Part shown: piece after piece, positions 1 through 10,173 of the stretch
Layout: each line of letters begins with the position of its first letter
Position numbering within the stretch: the stretch's first letter is position 1
Source of the DNA: an uncultured Clostridia bacterium
Lineage (GTDB): Bacteria > Aerophobota > Aerophobia > Aerophobales > B3-G15
Reading direction: 5' to 3'
DNA length: 58,218 nt
Assembly (NCBI GenBank): GCA_964482715.1
Contig: CAYZYX010000006.1
Location: 1-58,218 of the forward strand
Notes under the pieces: model-generated
Seen by the model: the letters and a program-made list of their open reading frames with translations, nothing else
The model's database searches: none
Told to the model about the DNA's origin: nothing
Program-made: the position numbers and the translations under genes

Positions 1-77
1 GTGTATACCTTTCCTTTTAGTGTTATAAGTTTTATCTTTGTTACAAGACTTTTTCACGAAACTGGAACTGCGAACTA

Positions 78-105
78 TTGACTTTAACGGGGAAGTTTAT
101 ATATT
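78..105 (+). promoter_or_regulatory. sigma70-type promoter of the tRNA cluster
   Basis: TTGACT (78-83), 16-nt spacer, TATATT (100-105) upstream of tRNA-Lys. Confidence 0.6.
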
Positions 106-153
106 ATAAAAACGAGAGGTTGCAGGCGTATAAAAAGGTTATATTTTTATATT

Positions 154-229
154 GAGCCGTTAGCTCAGTCGGTAGAGCATCGGCCTTTTAAGCCGAGGGT
201 CGCAGGTTCGACTCCTGCACGGCTCACCA
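154..229 (+). tRNA. tRNA-Lys(TTT)
   Basis: Cloverleaf; anticodon arm TCGGC-CTTTTAA-GCCGA, GGTTCGACTCC T-arm, CCA end. Confidence 0.97.
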
Positions 230-230
230 G

Positions 231-305
231 GTCCCCATAGTCTAACGGATAGGACACCGGGTTTTCATCCCGGCGATGGGGGTTCGACTCCCCCTGGGGG
301 CACCA
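231..305 (+). tRNA. tRNA-Glu(TTC)
   Basis: Anticodon arm CCGGG-TTTTCAT-CCCGG, T-arm GGTTCGACTCC, CCA end. Confidence 0.96.
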
Positions 306-313
306 TTGTTAAT

Positions 314-388
314 GCGGGGTTAGCTCAGTGGGAGAGCGCTTGCCTTACAAGCAAGAGGTCGTTGGTTCGAGTCCAGCACCCCGCACCA
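314..388 (+). tRNA. tRNA-Val(TAC)
   Basis: Anticodon arm CTTGC-CTTACAA-GCAAG, T-arm GGTTCGAGTCC, CCA end. Confidence 0.97.
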
Positions 389-411
389 TATTTTTTTAAT
401 AGTGGGTATAA

Positions 412-1113
412 ATGAGCGAGAGTGAAATAAGCCTTTTAATTCGGTTGCAGAATCTGGATTCTGAGATAGATGAAGGTAGAAAGAGAAAAAAGATTCTGGT
501 TTCCGAGATAGAAAAGGTAGAAGGTAGAATAAAGGAGATTCAGGAAGAGCTATCCGCTAAGAAGGATCAGTTAAAAGAAACAAAGAAAGAAAGAAGAGTA
601 AAAGAGGTTCGAATTCAGGAAATTGATGAACTTTTGCAGAAGCATGAAGAGGAAAAATACCGGGTTAAATCTAAGAATGAGTTTGAGGCTTTGGAACGGG
701 AGATTGCGGCATTGGAGAAGGAAAAGGATAAAGAAGAGGATTTTTTGTTAGAACTTATGGAAAAAGAAGATGAACTTACAAATCTTCTTCCCACACTGGA
801 AAGAAACTTCGCTCTCGAAAAAGAAAAATTGACTCAGCAGAGGGCAAAGCTGGATCAGGAAGTAGCTGCACTTGACATAAAGGAAGAAGGACTTGGTAAA
901 GAAAGAGAAAAGGTTGCCTCTCAAATCAGCAGGGTTTATTATCAACAATACGAACAGTTGAGAAAATTGAGAGACGGTTTAGCTGTAGTCATGATAAAGG
1001 ATGGGGTATGTGGGGGTTGCAATGTAAAAATCTCTCCCTCTTTGATTGGTCAAGCCAGACGACAACAGGTTGTTTATTGCGAGAATTGCAACCGGATTAT
1101 CTATATTGGGTAA
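412..1113 (+). CDS. Coiled-coil protein with C-terminal C4 zinc ribbon (DUF164/CT398/HP0958-like)
   Basis: Long E/K coiled coil, then CGGC...CENCNRI. Confidence 0.88.
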   Translation: MSESEISLLIRLQNLDSEIDEGRKRKKILVSEIEKVEGRIKEIQEELSAKKDQLKETKKERRVKEVRIQEIDELLQKHEEEKYRVKSKNEFEALEREIAALEKEKDKEEDFLLELMEKEDELTNLLPTLERNFALEKEKLTQQRAKLDQEVAALDIKEEGLGKEREKVASQISRVYYQQYEQLRKLRDGLAVVMIKDGVCGGCNVKISPSLIGQARRQQVVYCENCNRIIYIG

Positions 1114-1119
1114 AAAGGG

Positions 1120-1575
1120 GTGGAGTTTAATATCTCCAAAAAACCTGAAAAAATACTCTGTTTGGATGTAGGTGATAAGAGTCTTGGAATAGCCATTTCT
1201 GATTCCCTCCAAATTATTGCACAGGGTATAGGTTCCGTAAGATTTTCATCCTGCTCGCCTGATGAAAAAATTGCCTATGTTAAGAAGCTGGTTTCTTTTT
1301 ATAAAGTGGGTAAGATAGTTGTGGGCATACCGGTAGATTTGAAAGGCAAGGAAGGGGAACAGGCAAAGAAAACCAGAGAGTTTGCAAATCTTCTCCAGAA
1401 GGAAGTTAAAGTTCCTGTTGTTTTTGCTGATGAGAGGTTTACCACACTTAAGGCAGAAAGATTGTTGCGGGAAAGTAAGGTAAATTGGCGAAAAAAAAGA
1501 AAGGTGAAAGATAAACTGGCGGCTACAATCTTGCTTCAGGATTACCTGGAGGCTATAAGACAGAAAAAGCCTTAG
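1120..1575 (+). CDS. ruvX: YqgF/RuvX family pre-16S rRNA nuclease / resolvase-like protein
   Basis: LDVGDKSLGIAISD, DERFTT, DKLAATILLQ motifs; upstream of mltG. Confidence 0.92.
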   Translation: MEFNISKKPEKILCLDVGDKSLGIAISDSLQIIAQGIGSVRFSSCSPDEKIAYVKKLVSFYKVGKIVVGIPVDLKGKEGEQAKKTREFANLLQKEVKVPVVFADERFTTLKAERLLRESKVNWRKKRKVKDKLAATILLQDYLEAIRQKKP

Positions 1576-1589
1576 AAGAAGGAAAATCC

Positions 1590-2585
1590 GTGAATGGGGA
1601 ATTTTTAAAAAGAATCTCAAAGATTGGTTTTATATTTTTTATGATTTTACTTATCTCTTACCTGTTTATACCTGCTTTTGACCAGAAGAAAGTGACGGTA
1701 AGAATACCTCGGGGGACAGATTCAAAAAATATCTCCCGAATTCTCCGGGAAAACAAAGTAATTCCCAGCTGGTGGCTTTTTTTTATGCTGGTAAAAATTT
1801 TAGGGTGGGAAAATGATTTAAAAGCGGGATTTTACGAGTTCGAATCTCCAACTTTACTTTCTGTTCTTTGCAAAATTAAAAGAGGACAGGTGAAGTTATT
1901 CAGAATAACTATCCCTGAGGGGCTACCAAAATGGGAGGTGGCTAATCTTCTTGAGAAAAAACAGATTGTGGATGCCAGATCCTTCCTTGAGGTTGTTAAT
2001 AATGCTCAGATTTTCTACTCTGAATTTCCCTGGCTTTCCTCAGTGAACTCTCTCGAGGGTTATCTTTTTCCCGAAACTTACTATTTTTGCATGGAAGAGG
2101 ATCCAAGAAAAATTGCAGGAGAATTTTTATTAAAATTTGAAGAAAAGGTCTTGCCAATTTACAGGAAAGAGGTGAAAAAAAATGACTTTTCTCTGCACCA
2201 GATTATTATTCTGGCCTCTATCATAGAAAAGGAGGCCAGAGTGGATTCCGAAAAACCAATAATAGCAGGAGTTTTTTACAATAGATTGAAAAATGGAATG
2301 AAATTGATGGCCGATCCCACCATCAAATATGCGTTGGGAGATTTTCACCAGAAATTAACCAGAGAAATGCTAAGGTATCCTTCAATTTACAATACCTATC
2401 TTTATCCGGGACTTCCACCAGGACCAATTTGCAGTCCGGGAATAGAAAGTATTAAAGCAGCAATTCATCCAGCTCAGGTTAACTATCTCTATTTTGTTGC
2501 AAGGGGTGATGGCACGCATTACTTCAGCCAAACCTACAAACAGCATCTCAAGGCAATCAATATGTTTCAGAAAGTTAAGGGGTAA
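1590..2585 (+). CDS. mltG: Endolytic murein transglycosylase MltG
   Basis: N-terminal TM, LEGYLFPETY, ASIIEKE, YNTY..PGLPPGPI. Confidence 0.95.
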   Translation: MNGEFLKRISKIGFIFFMILLISYLFIPAFDQKKVTVRIPRGTDSKNISRILRENKVIPSWWLFFMLVKILGWENDLKAGFYEFESPTLLSVLCKIKRGQVKLFRITIPEGLPKWEVANLLEKKQIVDARSFLEVVNNAQIFYSEFPWLSSVNSLEGYLFPETYYFCMEEDPRKIAGEFLLKFEEKVLPIYRKEVKKNDFSLHQIIILASIIEKEARVDSEKPIIAGVFYNRLKNGMKLMADPTIKYALGDFHQKLTREMLRYPSIYNTYLYPGLPPGPICSPGIESIKAAIHPAQVNYLYFVARGDGTHYFSQTYKQHLKAINMFQKVKG

Positions 2586-2587
2586 CT

Positions 2588-3853
2588 ATGATACATTCAG
2601 TAAAAGGAGTAGAGGATCTTTTTCCACCAAAAACCGATTACTATAACTTTGTCGAAAAAGAGGCAAGAAGAATTTTTTCTCTTTACGGATATAGAGAGAT
2701 AAGAATCCCTACGTTTGAGCGGACAGAACTTTTTATTCGTAGTGTAGGACAAGAAACTGATGTTGGAAAGCAGATGTACACTTTCACAGATAAAGGGGGA
2801 AGAAGCATTTCTTTAAGGCCTGAAGGAACCGCCGGAGTTGTAAGAGCTTATCTCCAGCACAAAATCTACGGGAAAGGAAAAGAATGGAAAGTTTATTACA
2901 TGGGTCCGATGTTCAGGTACGAGAGACCTCAAGCTGGGAGACTTAGAGAATTTTATCAAATAGGGGTTGAGTGTTTTGGTGTGGATGTTCCCTGGATTGA
3001 TGTGGAACTTGTAGAAATGGCTTACAGTTTTTTTCAGAATATCGGCCTTAAAAATCTGGAAATCCAGATAAATAGCCTGGGTTGCAAAAAGTGTAGGTCG
3101 GAATACGTAAGAGCACTGAAAGTGTATTTAGGAGATAATTTAAATTCTCTCTGCGAGGTCTGCCAGAGGCGCTATAACACCAATACACTAAGACTGCTTG
3201 ATTGTAAAAACGAGATCTGTCGAAAAACCATAGAAAAAGCACCTAAAATAGGAGATTTTATCTGCTCTTCGTGTTTTGAGCATTTCAATCAAGTATTAAA
3301 ACAACTTGACAGATTAAATATCGCCTATAAAGTTAACCCTTACTTAGTTAGAGGTCTTGATTACTATACCCGAACTATTTTTGAAATCGTATCTCCACAT
3401 CTCGGTTCCCAGAATACCGTCTGCGCGGGGGGAAGATACGACGATCTGGTAGCTGAACTGGGAGGACCCCCCATTCCTGCTCTGGGTTTTGCCATGGGTG
3501 TAGAGCGACTGGTGATTAGTTTAAACAAAGCAGGAATCGATATTTTACCTGATCGGAAACCAGCGGTTTTTGTGGTAACCATAGGTAAGGATAGTATAGA
3601 GGAAGGATTGAAAATTGCCCGTCTAATTCGCTCCCAAAATATCCAGGCCCGGGTAAATCTTATGGAGAAAAGTCTTTCTTCTCAATTAAAAGAAGCAGAC
3701 AAAGAAGGATTCTCCTGGGTTCTTATAATAGGTGAGGATGAATTGAAGAGAAAAAAATTTCCATTAAAAGACATGAAATCAGGACACCAGGTTGAGATAA
3801 GTATCGGGGATATCTCGAATTTAAACGAGTATCTGATGAAAAGGACAGGTTGA
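2588..3853 (+). CDS. hisS: Histidine--tRNA ligase
   Basis: LRPEGTA, FRYERPQAGR, VRGLDYY, GGRYD. Confidence 0.98.
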   Translation: MIHSVKGVEDLFPPKTDYYNFVEKEARRIFSLYGYREIRIPTFERTELFIRSVGQETDVGKQMYTFTDKGGRSISLRPEGTAGVVRAYLQHKIYGKGKEWKVYYMGPMFRYERPQAGRLREFYQIGVECFGVDVPWIDVELVEMAYSFFQNIGLKNLEIQINSLGCKKCRSEYVRALKVYLGDNLNSLCEVCQRRYNTNTLRLLDCKNEICRKTIEKAPKIGDFICSSCFEHFNQVLKQLDRLNIAYKVNPYLVRGLDYYTRTIFEIVSPHLGSQNTVCAGGRYDDLVAELGGPPIPALGFAMGVERLVISLNKAGIDILPDRKPAVFVVTIGKDSIEEGLKIARLIRSQNIQARVNLMEKSLSSQLKEADKEGFSWVLIIGEDELKRKKFPLKDMKSGHQVEISIGDISNLNEYLMKRTG

Positions 3854-3856
3854 AAT

Positions 3857-5662
3857 ATGAGATTAAAAAGAACCCATTATTGCGGAAAATTGGATAAAAA
3901 TGATGTGGGAACTAAGGTAACAGTTGCCGGTTGGGTGAGGAGAAAAAGAGACCATGGTGGCCTTGTTTTTATTGACCTCTGGGACAGATCAGGTGTCGTA
4001 CAGCTTGTCCTGAATCCTGAGTTATGTTCCCAGGTTCATCGCCAGGGACATTTGATCAAAGAAGGGTGGGTTATTGCGGTTAGAGGAGAAGTTATGCAAC
4101 GACCCCCTGAGTCGATCAATCCAAAAATTTCCACCGGGGAAATAGAAATTCTGGTAGAGGAACTGGAAATATTGAATGTGTCTTTACCCTTACCTTTTAG
4201 TATTGAAGACAAAATCGAGATTAACGAAGAAATAAGACTTAAATATCGGTATCTTGATCTCAGACGTCCCACCATGCAACGCAATCTATGGCTCAGATAT
4301 GAGGCCACAAAGGCGGTAAGAGAGTTTCTGGACAAAAAAGGTTTTATAGAGATTGAAACTCCTTTTTTGACCCGAAGCACACCTGAAGGAGCTCGAGATT
4401 ATCTTGTTCCTTCTCGAGTTAACCCGGGGGAATTTTATGCTCTTCCTCAGTCTCCCCAGCTTTTCAAGCAGATGCTTATGGTAGCAGGTTTTGAGAAATA
4501 CTTTCAGATTGTAAAATGTTTTAGAGATGAAGATTTAAGAGCAGATCGCCAACCCGAGCACACTCAGATTGATATTGAGCTTTCATTTATTACAGAAGAA
4601 GATATATTTGAGCTTATAGAAGGTCTTTTGCAACACATTTTTCTCAAGACTAAAAATATAAAAATTTCTACTCCCTTTCCCCGACTCACTTATCAGAAGG
4701 CCATGGAGAGATACGGAACTGATAAACCAGATCTCAGGTTTACTCTGGAGCTCAAGGATCTTGGATTTCTGGGAGAGGAAGGAAAATTTAAAATTTTTCA
4801 GGAGATCGTGAAGGAGGGTGGAAGTATAAAGGGTATAGTTCTTCCTGATGGAGCAGCTTTATCGCGGAAAGAGCTTGATGAATTAAACCTCTGGATTATA
4901 AACCAGGGTGCAAAGGGTCTGTCCTGGATAAGGTTTGAAAATGGTAAAATAAAGTCCCCTCTGGAAAAATTCTATCCTGAGACAGTCTTGAGAAGAACTC
5001 TGGAAACTACAGAAATGAGAAAAAATGATATTCTGCTTATTGCAGGAGATAAAAAAAGAGAAATTGTTAACCAATCTCTGGGCCAGCTGCGGATTTATCT
5101 GGCTAAAAAGTTCAACCTTATTCCCCGGGATAAATTTAAATTTGTGTGGATAGTGGATTTTCCTCTCTTTGAAAGAGATGAAAATGGTGAGCTTTCACCT
5201 ATGCACCATCCTTTCACCAGTCCCCGGGAAAGTGATCTACCCCTTCTGGAGACCGATCCAGAGAAGGTAAAGGCCAGAGCTTACGATATAGTCTTAAATG
5301 GTGAAGAAATTGGGGGTGGAAGTATAAGAATCCATCAGTCTGAACTTCAACAAAAGATCTTGGAGATACTGGGAATAGACAAAGTCAAGGCCAGAGAGAA
5401 ATTCGGATTTCTATTAGATGCTCTTTCCATGGGAGCACCTCCTCACGGAGGAATAGCGATGGGTCTTGACAGGATAGTGATGCTTCTTGCCGGAGAGAAA
5501 TCAATCAGAGAAGTAATTCCCTTTCCTAAAACTCAAAAAGCAACCTGTCTCTTAACCCAGGCTCCCTCAAAAGTTGAAGAGGATCAGCTAAGGGAGCTTC
5601 ATATTAAATTGGACCTGAATGAAGAAGAGGATTTTTCTTCACATAAAGAACGAGAAAAGTAA
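3857..5662 (+). CDS. aspS: Aspartate--tRNA ligase
   Basis: RTHYCG, STPEGARDY, LPQSPQLFKQ, GAPPHGG. Confidence 0.98.
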   Translation: MRLKRTHYCGKLDKNDVGTKVTVAGWVRRKRDHGGLVFIDLWDRSGVVQLVLNPELCSQVHRQGHLIKEGWVIAVRGEVMQRPPESINPKISTGEIEILVEELEILNVSLPLPFSIEDKIEINEEIRLKYRYLDLRRPTMQRNLWLRYEATKAVREFLDKKGFIEIETPFLTRSTPEGARDYLVPSRVNPGEFYALPQSPQLFKQMLMVAGFEKYFQIVKCFRDEDLRADRQPEHTQIDIELSFITEEDIFELIEGLLQHIFLKTKNIKISTPFPRLTYQKAMERYGTDKPDLRFTLELKDLGFLGEEGKFKIFQEIVKEGGSIKGIVLPDGAALSRKELDELNLWIINQGAKGLSWIRFENGKIKSPLEKFYPETVLRRTLETTEMRKNDILLIAGDKKREIVNQSLGQLRIYLAKKFNLIPRDKFKFVWIVDFPLFERDENGELSPMHHPFTSPRESDLPLLETDPEKVKARAYDIVLNGEEIGGGSIRIHQSELQQKILEILGIDKVKAREKFGFLLDALSMGAPPHGGIAMGLDRIVMLLAGEKSIREVIPFPKTQKATCLLTQAPSKVEEDQLRELHIKLDLNEEEDFSSHKEREK

Positions 5663-5664
5663 AA

Positions 5665-7524
5665 ATGTCTTCCCGATACGTTGCAGTTGCCTTTGATTTA
5701 CCTCTGGATAAATTTTTCTGGTATAAGGTGCCTTCGGACATGAAGTTTTCTCTGCAAAAAGGTCAGAGGGTAAAAGCCCCTTTTAGAAATACCGAACTCA
5801 CAGGCTTTATAGTGAAAAGTAGTAATAAGAAGCCTCAAAGAAAGTTAAAGCAGCTTTTGCAGGTTGTAGATTTTTATCCTCCCCTCAATGAGAAATTATG
5901 GGAACTTGCCGTATGGATGAGCAAGTATTACCTTTGCACTTTGGGACAAAGCTTGCATTCTATTTTCCCTTTCCTGGAACCTTATAGAGTTGAATCAGAT
6001 TTGTCTTCAGCGGAGGAAAAAGCTGGTTGTGGAGAAGCTGGAGTTTACGTTGTCTTACCAGGTGAGAGAAAATTGGAATTAATTTTATCCTGGATAAAGC
6101 AAAATCATCATCTTAAAAAACAAACTATTGTTTTAGTTCCCGAGATAAATCTTATCCACCTGTTGCAGGAAAAAGCTGAAAGAGAGGGCTTTAAAACGGT
6201 TGTCTTTCACAGCAAACTTTCCCCTAAAGAAAGGTACTATCGATGGCTTATGATGAAAAAAGGTCAGGTTGAACTGGCGATTGGGACAAGATCAGTGGTT
6301 TTTGCTCCCTTCAACAGAATTGGTTGCATCGTTGTTGATCAAGAAGAGAGTACAGACTACAAGCAAAAAGAGACACCAAAATATAACGTGCGAGAGGTAG
6401 CTATTAAGAGGGGAGAGAAAGAAGGATTTCCAGTGTATCTTGTAAGTCATGCACCCTCTGTTGAGTCCTGGTACAAGATAAAAAAAGGCCTTTATCAACT
6501 TATGGATTTTTCCAGTGAGCAGGAAAATTCTGTTTCATCTTACATAGTTGATCTGAAAAGAGAAAAAAGAAGCGATCGAATTTTTTCCCATCTTTTACAA
6601 CAAAAAATAAAAGATGCCTTAAATCAGGGTCTTTTAGTTATGCTTCTTGTCATGAGACGTGGTTATGCCAGTTTTCTTTTGTGTCATGATTGTGGAGAAG
6701 TCATAAGGTGCCCTGAGTGTAACATCGGACTTACTTTTCATCTAAAAAAAGAAATGGTCTGTCATTACTGTGGACTAAAACAAGAAGCGCCTTCCATTTG
6801 CCCTTTCTGCCAGGGTAGAGAAATAAAAAAAATTGGATGGGGGACTCAAAGAGTTGAGATGGAACTCCGTAAAAGGTTTCCAGAAGCACGCGTTGAAAGG
6901 GTTGATCTTGATGCTGATACCTCTCCCGAAACGGTTGTAAAGAAAGTAAGAAAAAAGGAGGTTGACATTTTAGTTGGAACTCAACTTCTGGTAAAGGAAG
7001 AAATACTTTCTCAGGTTGACCTTGCTGGTGTAATGCTGATTGATGTACTTTTGAATCTTCCTGATTTTCGAGCAGGTGAACATGCTTTTCAATTTCTTGT
7101 TCGAATAAAAAGAAACTTAAAGAAAGGGGGTACCCTTATAATCCAGACCTACAATCCTACTCACTATGCGTTGACCAGCCAGAAAATCGAGGACTTTTAT
7201 TCTCAGGAATTGAAAACGAGAAAATATCTCATGTATCCTCCCTATGAGCAGTGGATAAGAATCCTTCTGGAGGGAAGCTATAAAGCAAAAGTCAGGGATA
7301 AAGCTAACAGGATAAAAGAACAGCTTGTAGAAAAAGATTTTAAATTCTTAGGACCTTCCCCTTGCCCATTTTCCAGAATAAAAGGGCGTTATCGATATCA
7401 TATAGTTATACGTAATGGATCAAATAATTTGCTGGAAAAATTCATCAGAAAGAAAATAAGTCCTTACATGGATAAAGGTTCAGTTAAAGTGGGAGTCGAT
7501 GTTGATCCCTTATTTACCATGTAA
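5665..7524 (+). CDS. priA: Primosomal protein N' (PriA), short, helicase motifs degenerate
   Basis: 3'-binding N-domain, LVPEI, IGTRS, four CxxC pairs, IQTYNP, VDVDP C-terminus; Walker A and motif II altered. Confidence 0.9.
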   Translation: MSSRYVAVAFDLPLDKFFWYKVPSDMKFSLQKGQRVKAPFRNTELTGFIVKSSNKKPQRKLKQLLQVVDFYPPLNEKLWELAVWMSKYYLCTLGQSLHSIFPFLEPYRVESDLSSAEEKAGCGEAGVYVVLPGERKLELILSWIKQNHHLKKQTIVLVPEINLIHLLQEKAEREGFKTVVFHSKLSPKERYYRWLMMKKGQVELAIGTRSVVFAPFNRIGCIVVDQEESTDYKQKETPKYNVREVAIKRGEKEGFPVYLVSHAPSVESWYKIKKGLYQLMDFSSEQENSVSSYIVDLKREKRSDRIFSHLLQQKIKDALNQGLLVMLLVMRRGYASFLLCHDCGEVIRCPECNIGLTFHLKKEMVCHYCGLKQEAPSICPFCQGREIKKIGWGTQRVEMELRKRFPEARVERVDLDADTSPETVVKKVRKKEVDILVGTQLLVKEEILSQVDLAGVMLIDVLLNLPDFRAGEHAFQFLVRIKRNLKKGGTLIIQTYNPTHYALTSQKIEDFYSQELKTRKYLMYPPYEQWIRILLEGSYKAKVRDKANRIKEQLVEKDFKFLGPSPCPFSRIKGRYRYHIVIRNGSNNLLEKFIRKKISPYMDKGSVKVGVDVDPLFTM

Positions 7525-7539
7525 ATAACGGAGGGTCAA

Positions 7540-10173
7540 ATGAAAGGTGACGCAATAAGACAAAAGTTTTTGGATTTTTTCCAGAAAAAAGGACACCTCC
7601 ATCGTCCTTCTGCCCCTTTAGCTATAGAAGATCCTCAGCTTCTCTTCACCATAGCAGGTATGGTTCCCTTTAAGGCTTTTTTCTTAGGACTGGAAAAACC
7701 TCCTGCTACCAGGATTACTTCCTGTCAGCTTTGTTTTCGGACCAACGATCTGGAGAGAGTGGGAGAAACTTCCTATCATCATACCTTTTTTGAAATGCTG
7801 GGTAATTTTTCTTTTGGGGATTACTTCAAAAAAGAAGCCTGTGAGTGGGCTCTTGAGTTTGTTACTCGGGAGCTGGATATAAATATAAAAAGAATCTGGA
7901 TCACCATATTTAAGGAAGATGAAGAAACTTTCTCCATATGGAGGAAACTGGGTATTCCCTCCTCAAGGATCATAAGAAAAGGCAAAGAAGACAATTTCTG
8001 GTCAGCAGCTGAAACCGGACCCTGTGGGCCTGATACAGAGCTTTTCTTTGACAGAGGTGAGAACACGGGCTGTGCTGGAGGGGTGTGTGAACCTGGATGT
8101 AACCGATGTTCCAGATGGGTAGAAATATGGAACCTGGTATTTATGCAATATAACAGAGATAAGGACGGTAATTTAACTGCTCTGCCCGCAAAAAATGTGG
8201 ATACAGGAATGGGGCTTGAACGGGTAGCTACGGTGCTTCAGGGAGTAGAGGATGACTATCACACCGACCTTTTTGTTTCACTTTACAACTGGCTAAAAGA
8301 GATAGCTCCTGTTGAAGACCCGGACGTGAAGGCTCTGCGGGTTATAAGTGACCACTTACGAGGTCTTACATTTCTTATAGCTGAAGGGATTTTTCCTTCC
8401 AATACAGGAAGGGGTTATGTGGTAAGACGAGTCCTTCGGCGAGCATTCCGTTATGGAAGAAAGTTAGGGTTGAACGAACCTTTCCTTTACCGAGGTGTTC
8501 CAGTGGTGATTAAGATGATGGGCGGCTATTACAGTCATCTGGAAGCAGAAAGAGAAAAAATAGCAAAGAAGATCAGAGAAGAAGAGGAGAATTTTCAGGA
8601 GACACTGACAAGGGGACTTAATATTCTGGAACAATTAATTGAAAAATACGGGTCTAAAAAAGAAAAGATACTCCCCGGAGAGGATATTTTCAGAATGTAT
8701 GATACTTATGGGTTCCCCTTTGATTTAACCAGAGAAATTGCCTTAGAATCAGGATTGAGTGTTGATGAAGATGGTTTTTTCAAGTTAATGGAAAAACAAA
8801 GACAAAAATCACGCATAGTGCTGGGTGAAAGAAAATTTGATTTTATAGACCAAGAAGGTGTCTCGCTTTTAAACAAACTGGAAAAGGAATATCTTACTGA
8901 AAAAAAGAAGGTTTTTCCGGGATACCAGAGACTTTCCGTTGAGGCTACTATTTTAGCTATAGTGAGTAAAAATAAGCTTGTTGAAGAGGTAAAAGAAAAC
9001 GAGGAGGCCGACTTTATTCTCTCTGCAACCTGTTTTTATCCCGAAGGAGGGGGACAGATTGGAGACAAAGGGGAGATATTTTCTGATAAGGCAAAAGCAC
9101 AGGTGATAGATACTCAGAAAAAAGGGGCTCTTATTTTTCACCGGGTCAGAGTTTTAAGTGGAAAATTTAGCAAAGGGGAAAGGATTAAAGCTAAGGTTGA
9201 CCAGCAGAGAAGGGCTGCCATTTCCCGTGCTCACACAGGTACTCATCTTTTACAGGCAGCCTTACGCCAGTTCCTGGGTGAGGAGGTTAGACAAAATGGA
9301 TCACTGGTTGAGGTTGACAGACTCAGATTTGATTTTACTTTTTCCTCGCCCGTAAAAGAAGACATTCTGGAAAAAGTCTGTTTCTTAATTAATGAAAAGA
9401 TAAGAGAAAATATACCAGTTAAGGTACAGGAAGTAGAACTTGAAGAAGCTAAAAAAAGAGGAGCTCTTACCTTTTTTGAAGAGAAGTACGCAGACAGAGT
9501 GCGGCTTGTGGAAATAGGGACTTTCAGTAAAGAGGTTTGCGGAGGAACCCATCTTTCGCAAACTGGCGAAATGGGTCTATTCCAGATAGTTTCTGAAAGT
9601 GGAGTTGCTTCGGGAATACGACGAATTGAAGCTTATACCGGAGAAAGAGCTCTTTTGTGGTTAATGAACAAAAAAAATACCTTAAATGAGATTGCAAAAT
9701 TTCTGGAAGTTTCGGAAGATAAAATATTTGACAAGCTAAAAGAACAGGACAGGAAAATTAGTCAGATGGAAAAAAGGTTAGAAAAATTTCAAAAAGTTAT
9801 TACTGAAAAAACGGTCCAGCAGCTTGTTAGCCAAATTATTCAGGTTGAAGGGATTAATCTATGCCTTGGAAATTTAGACGAGGCTTCACCCAAAATTTTA
9901 AGAGAGGCAGCCGAGACCATTAAAAAAAAATTAAATCAAGCTGTAATTTGCCTTACTTCATCTGCCAAGGAAAAGGCATTTATAGTGGTGGTTTCCACTT
10001 ATGAGAATCTTCCGGCCAATGATTTAATAAAACGGTTGGCTTCTCTTGCCGGGGGTAGTGGTGGTGGAAGAAGAGACTTTGCCCAGGGAGGAACTTCGCA
10101 TCCTGAAAAAATAAAAGACATGTTAAAAAAAATCCCTGAAATTGTTCAGAAAATGCTAATCAAACCTGAGTGA
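7540..10173 (+). CDS. alaS: Alanine--tRNA ligase
   Basis: HHTFFEMLGNFSFGDYFK, DTGMGLER, HTGTH, CGGTH, GGSGGG. Confidence 0.98.
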   Translation: MKGDAIRQKFLDFFQKKGHLHRPSAPLAIEDPQLLFTIAGMVPFKAFFLGLEKPPATRITSCQLCFRTNDLERVGETSYHHTFFEMLGNFSFGDYFKKEACEWALEFVTRELDINIKRIWITIFKEDEETFSIWRKLGIPSSRIIRKGKEDNFWSAAETGPCGPDTELFFDRGENTGCAGGVCEPGCNRCSRWVEIWNLVFMQYNRDKDGNLTALPAKNVDTGMGLERVATVLQGVEDDYHTDLFVSLYNWLKEIAPVEDPDVKALRVISDHLRGLTFLIAEGIFPSNTGRGYVVRRVLRRAFRYGRKLGLNEPFLYRGVPVVIKMMGGYYSHLEAEREKIAKKIREEEENFQETLTRGLNILEQLIEKYGSKKEKILPGEDIFRMYDTYGFPFDLTREIALESGLSVDEDGFFKLMEKQRQKSRIVLGERKFDFIDQEGVSLLNKLEKEYLTEKKKVFPGYQRLSVEATILAIVSKNKLVEEVKENEEADFILSATCFYPEGGGQIGDKGEIFSDKAKAQVIDTQKKGALIFHRVRVLSGKFSKGERIKAKVDQQRRAAISRAHTGTHLLQAALRQFLGEEVRQNGSLVEVDRLRFDFTFSSPVKEDILEKVCFLINEKIRENIPVKVQEVELEEAKKRGALTFFEEKYADRVRLVEIGTFSKEVCGGTHLSQTGEMGLFQIVSESGVASGIRRIEAYTGERALLWLMNKKNTLNEIAKFLEVSEDKIFDKLKEQDRKISQMEKRLEKFQKVITEKTVQQLVSQIIQVEGINLCLGNLDEASPKILREAAETIKKKLNQAVICLTSSAKEKAFIVVVSTYENLPANDLIKRLASLAGGSGGGRRDFAQGGTSHPEKIKDMLKKIPEIVQKMLIKPE

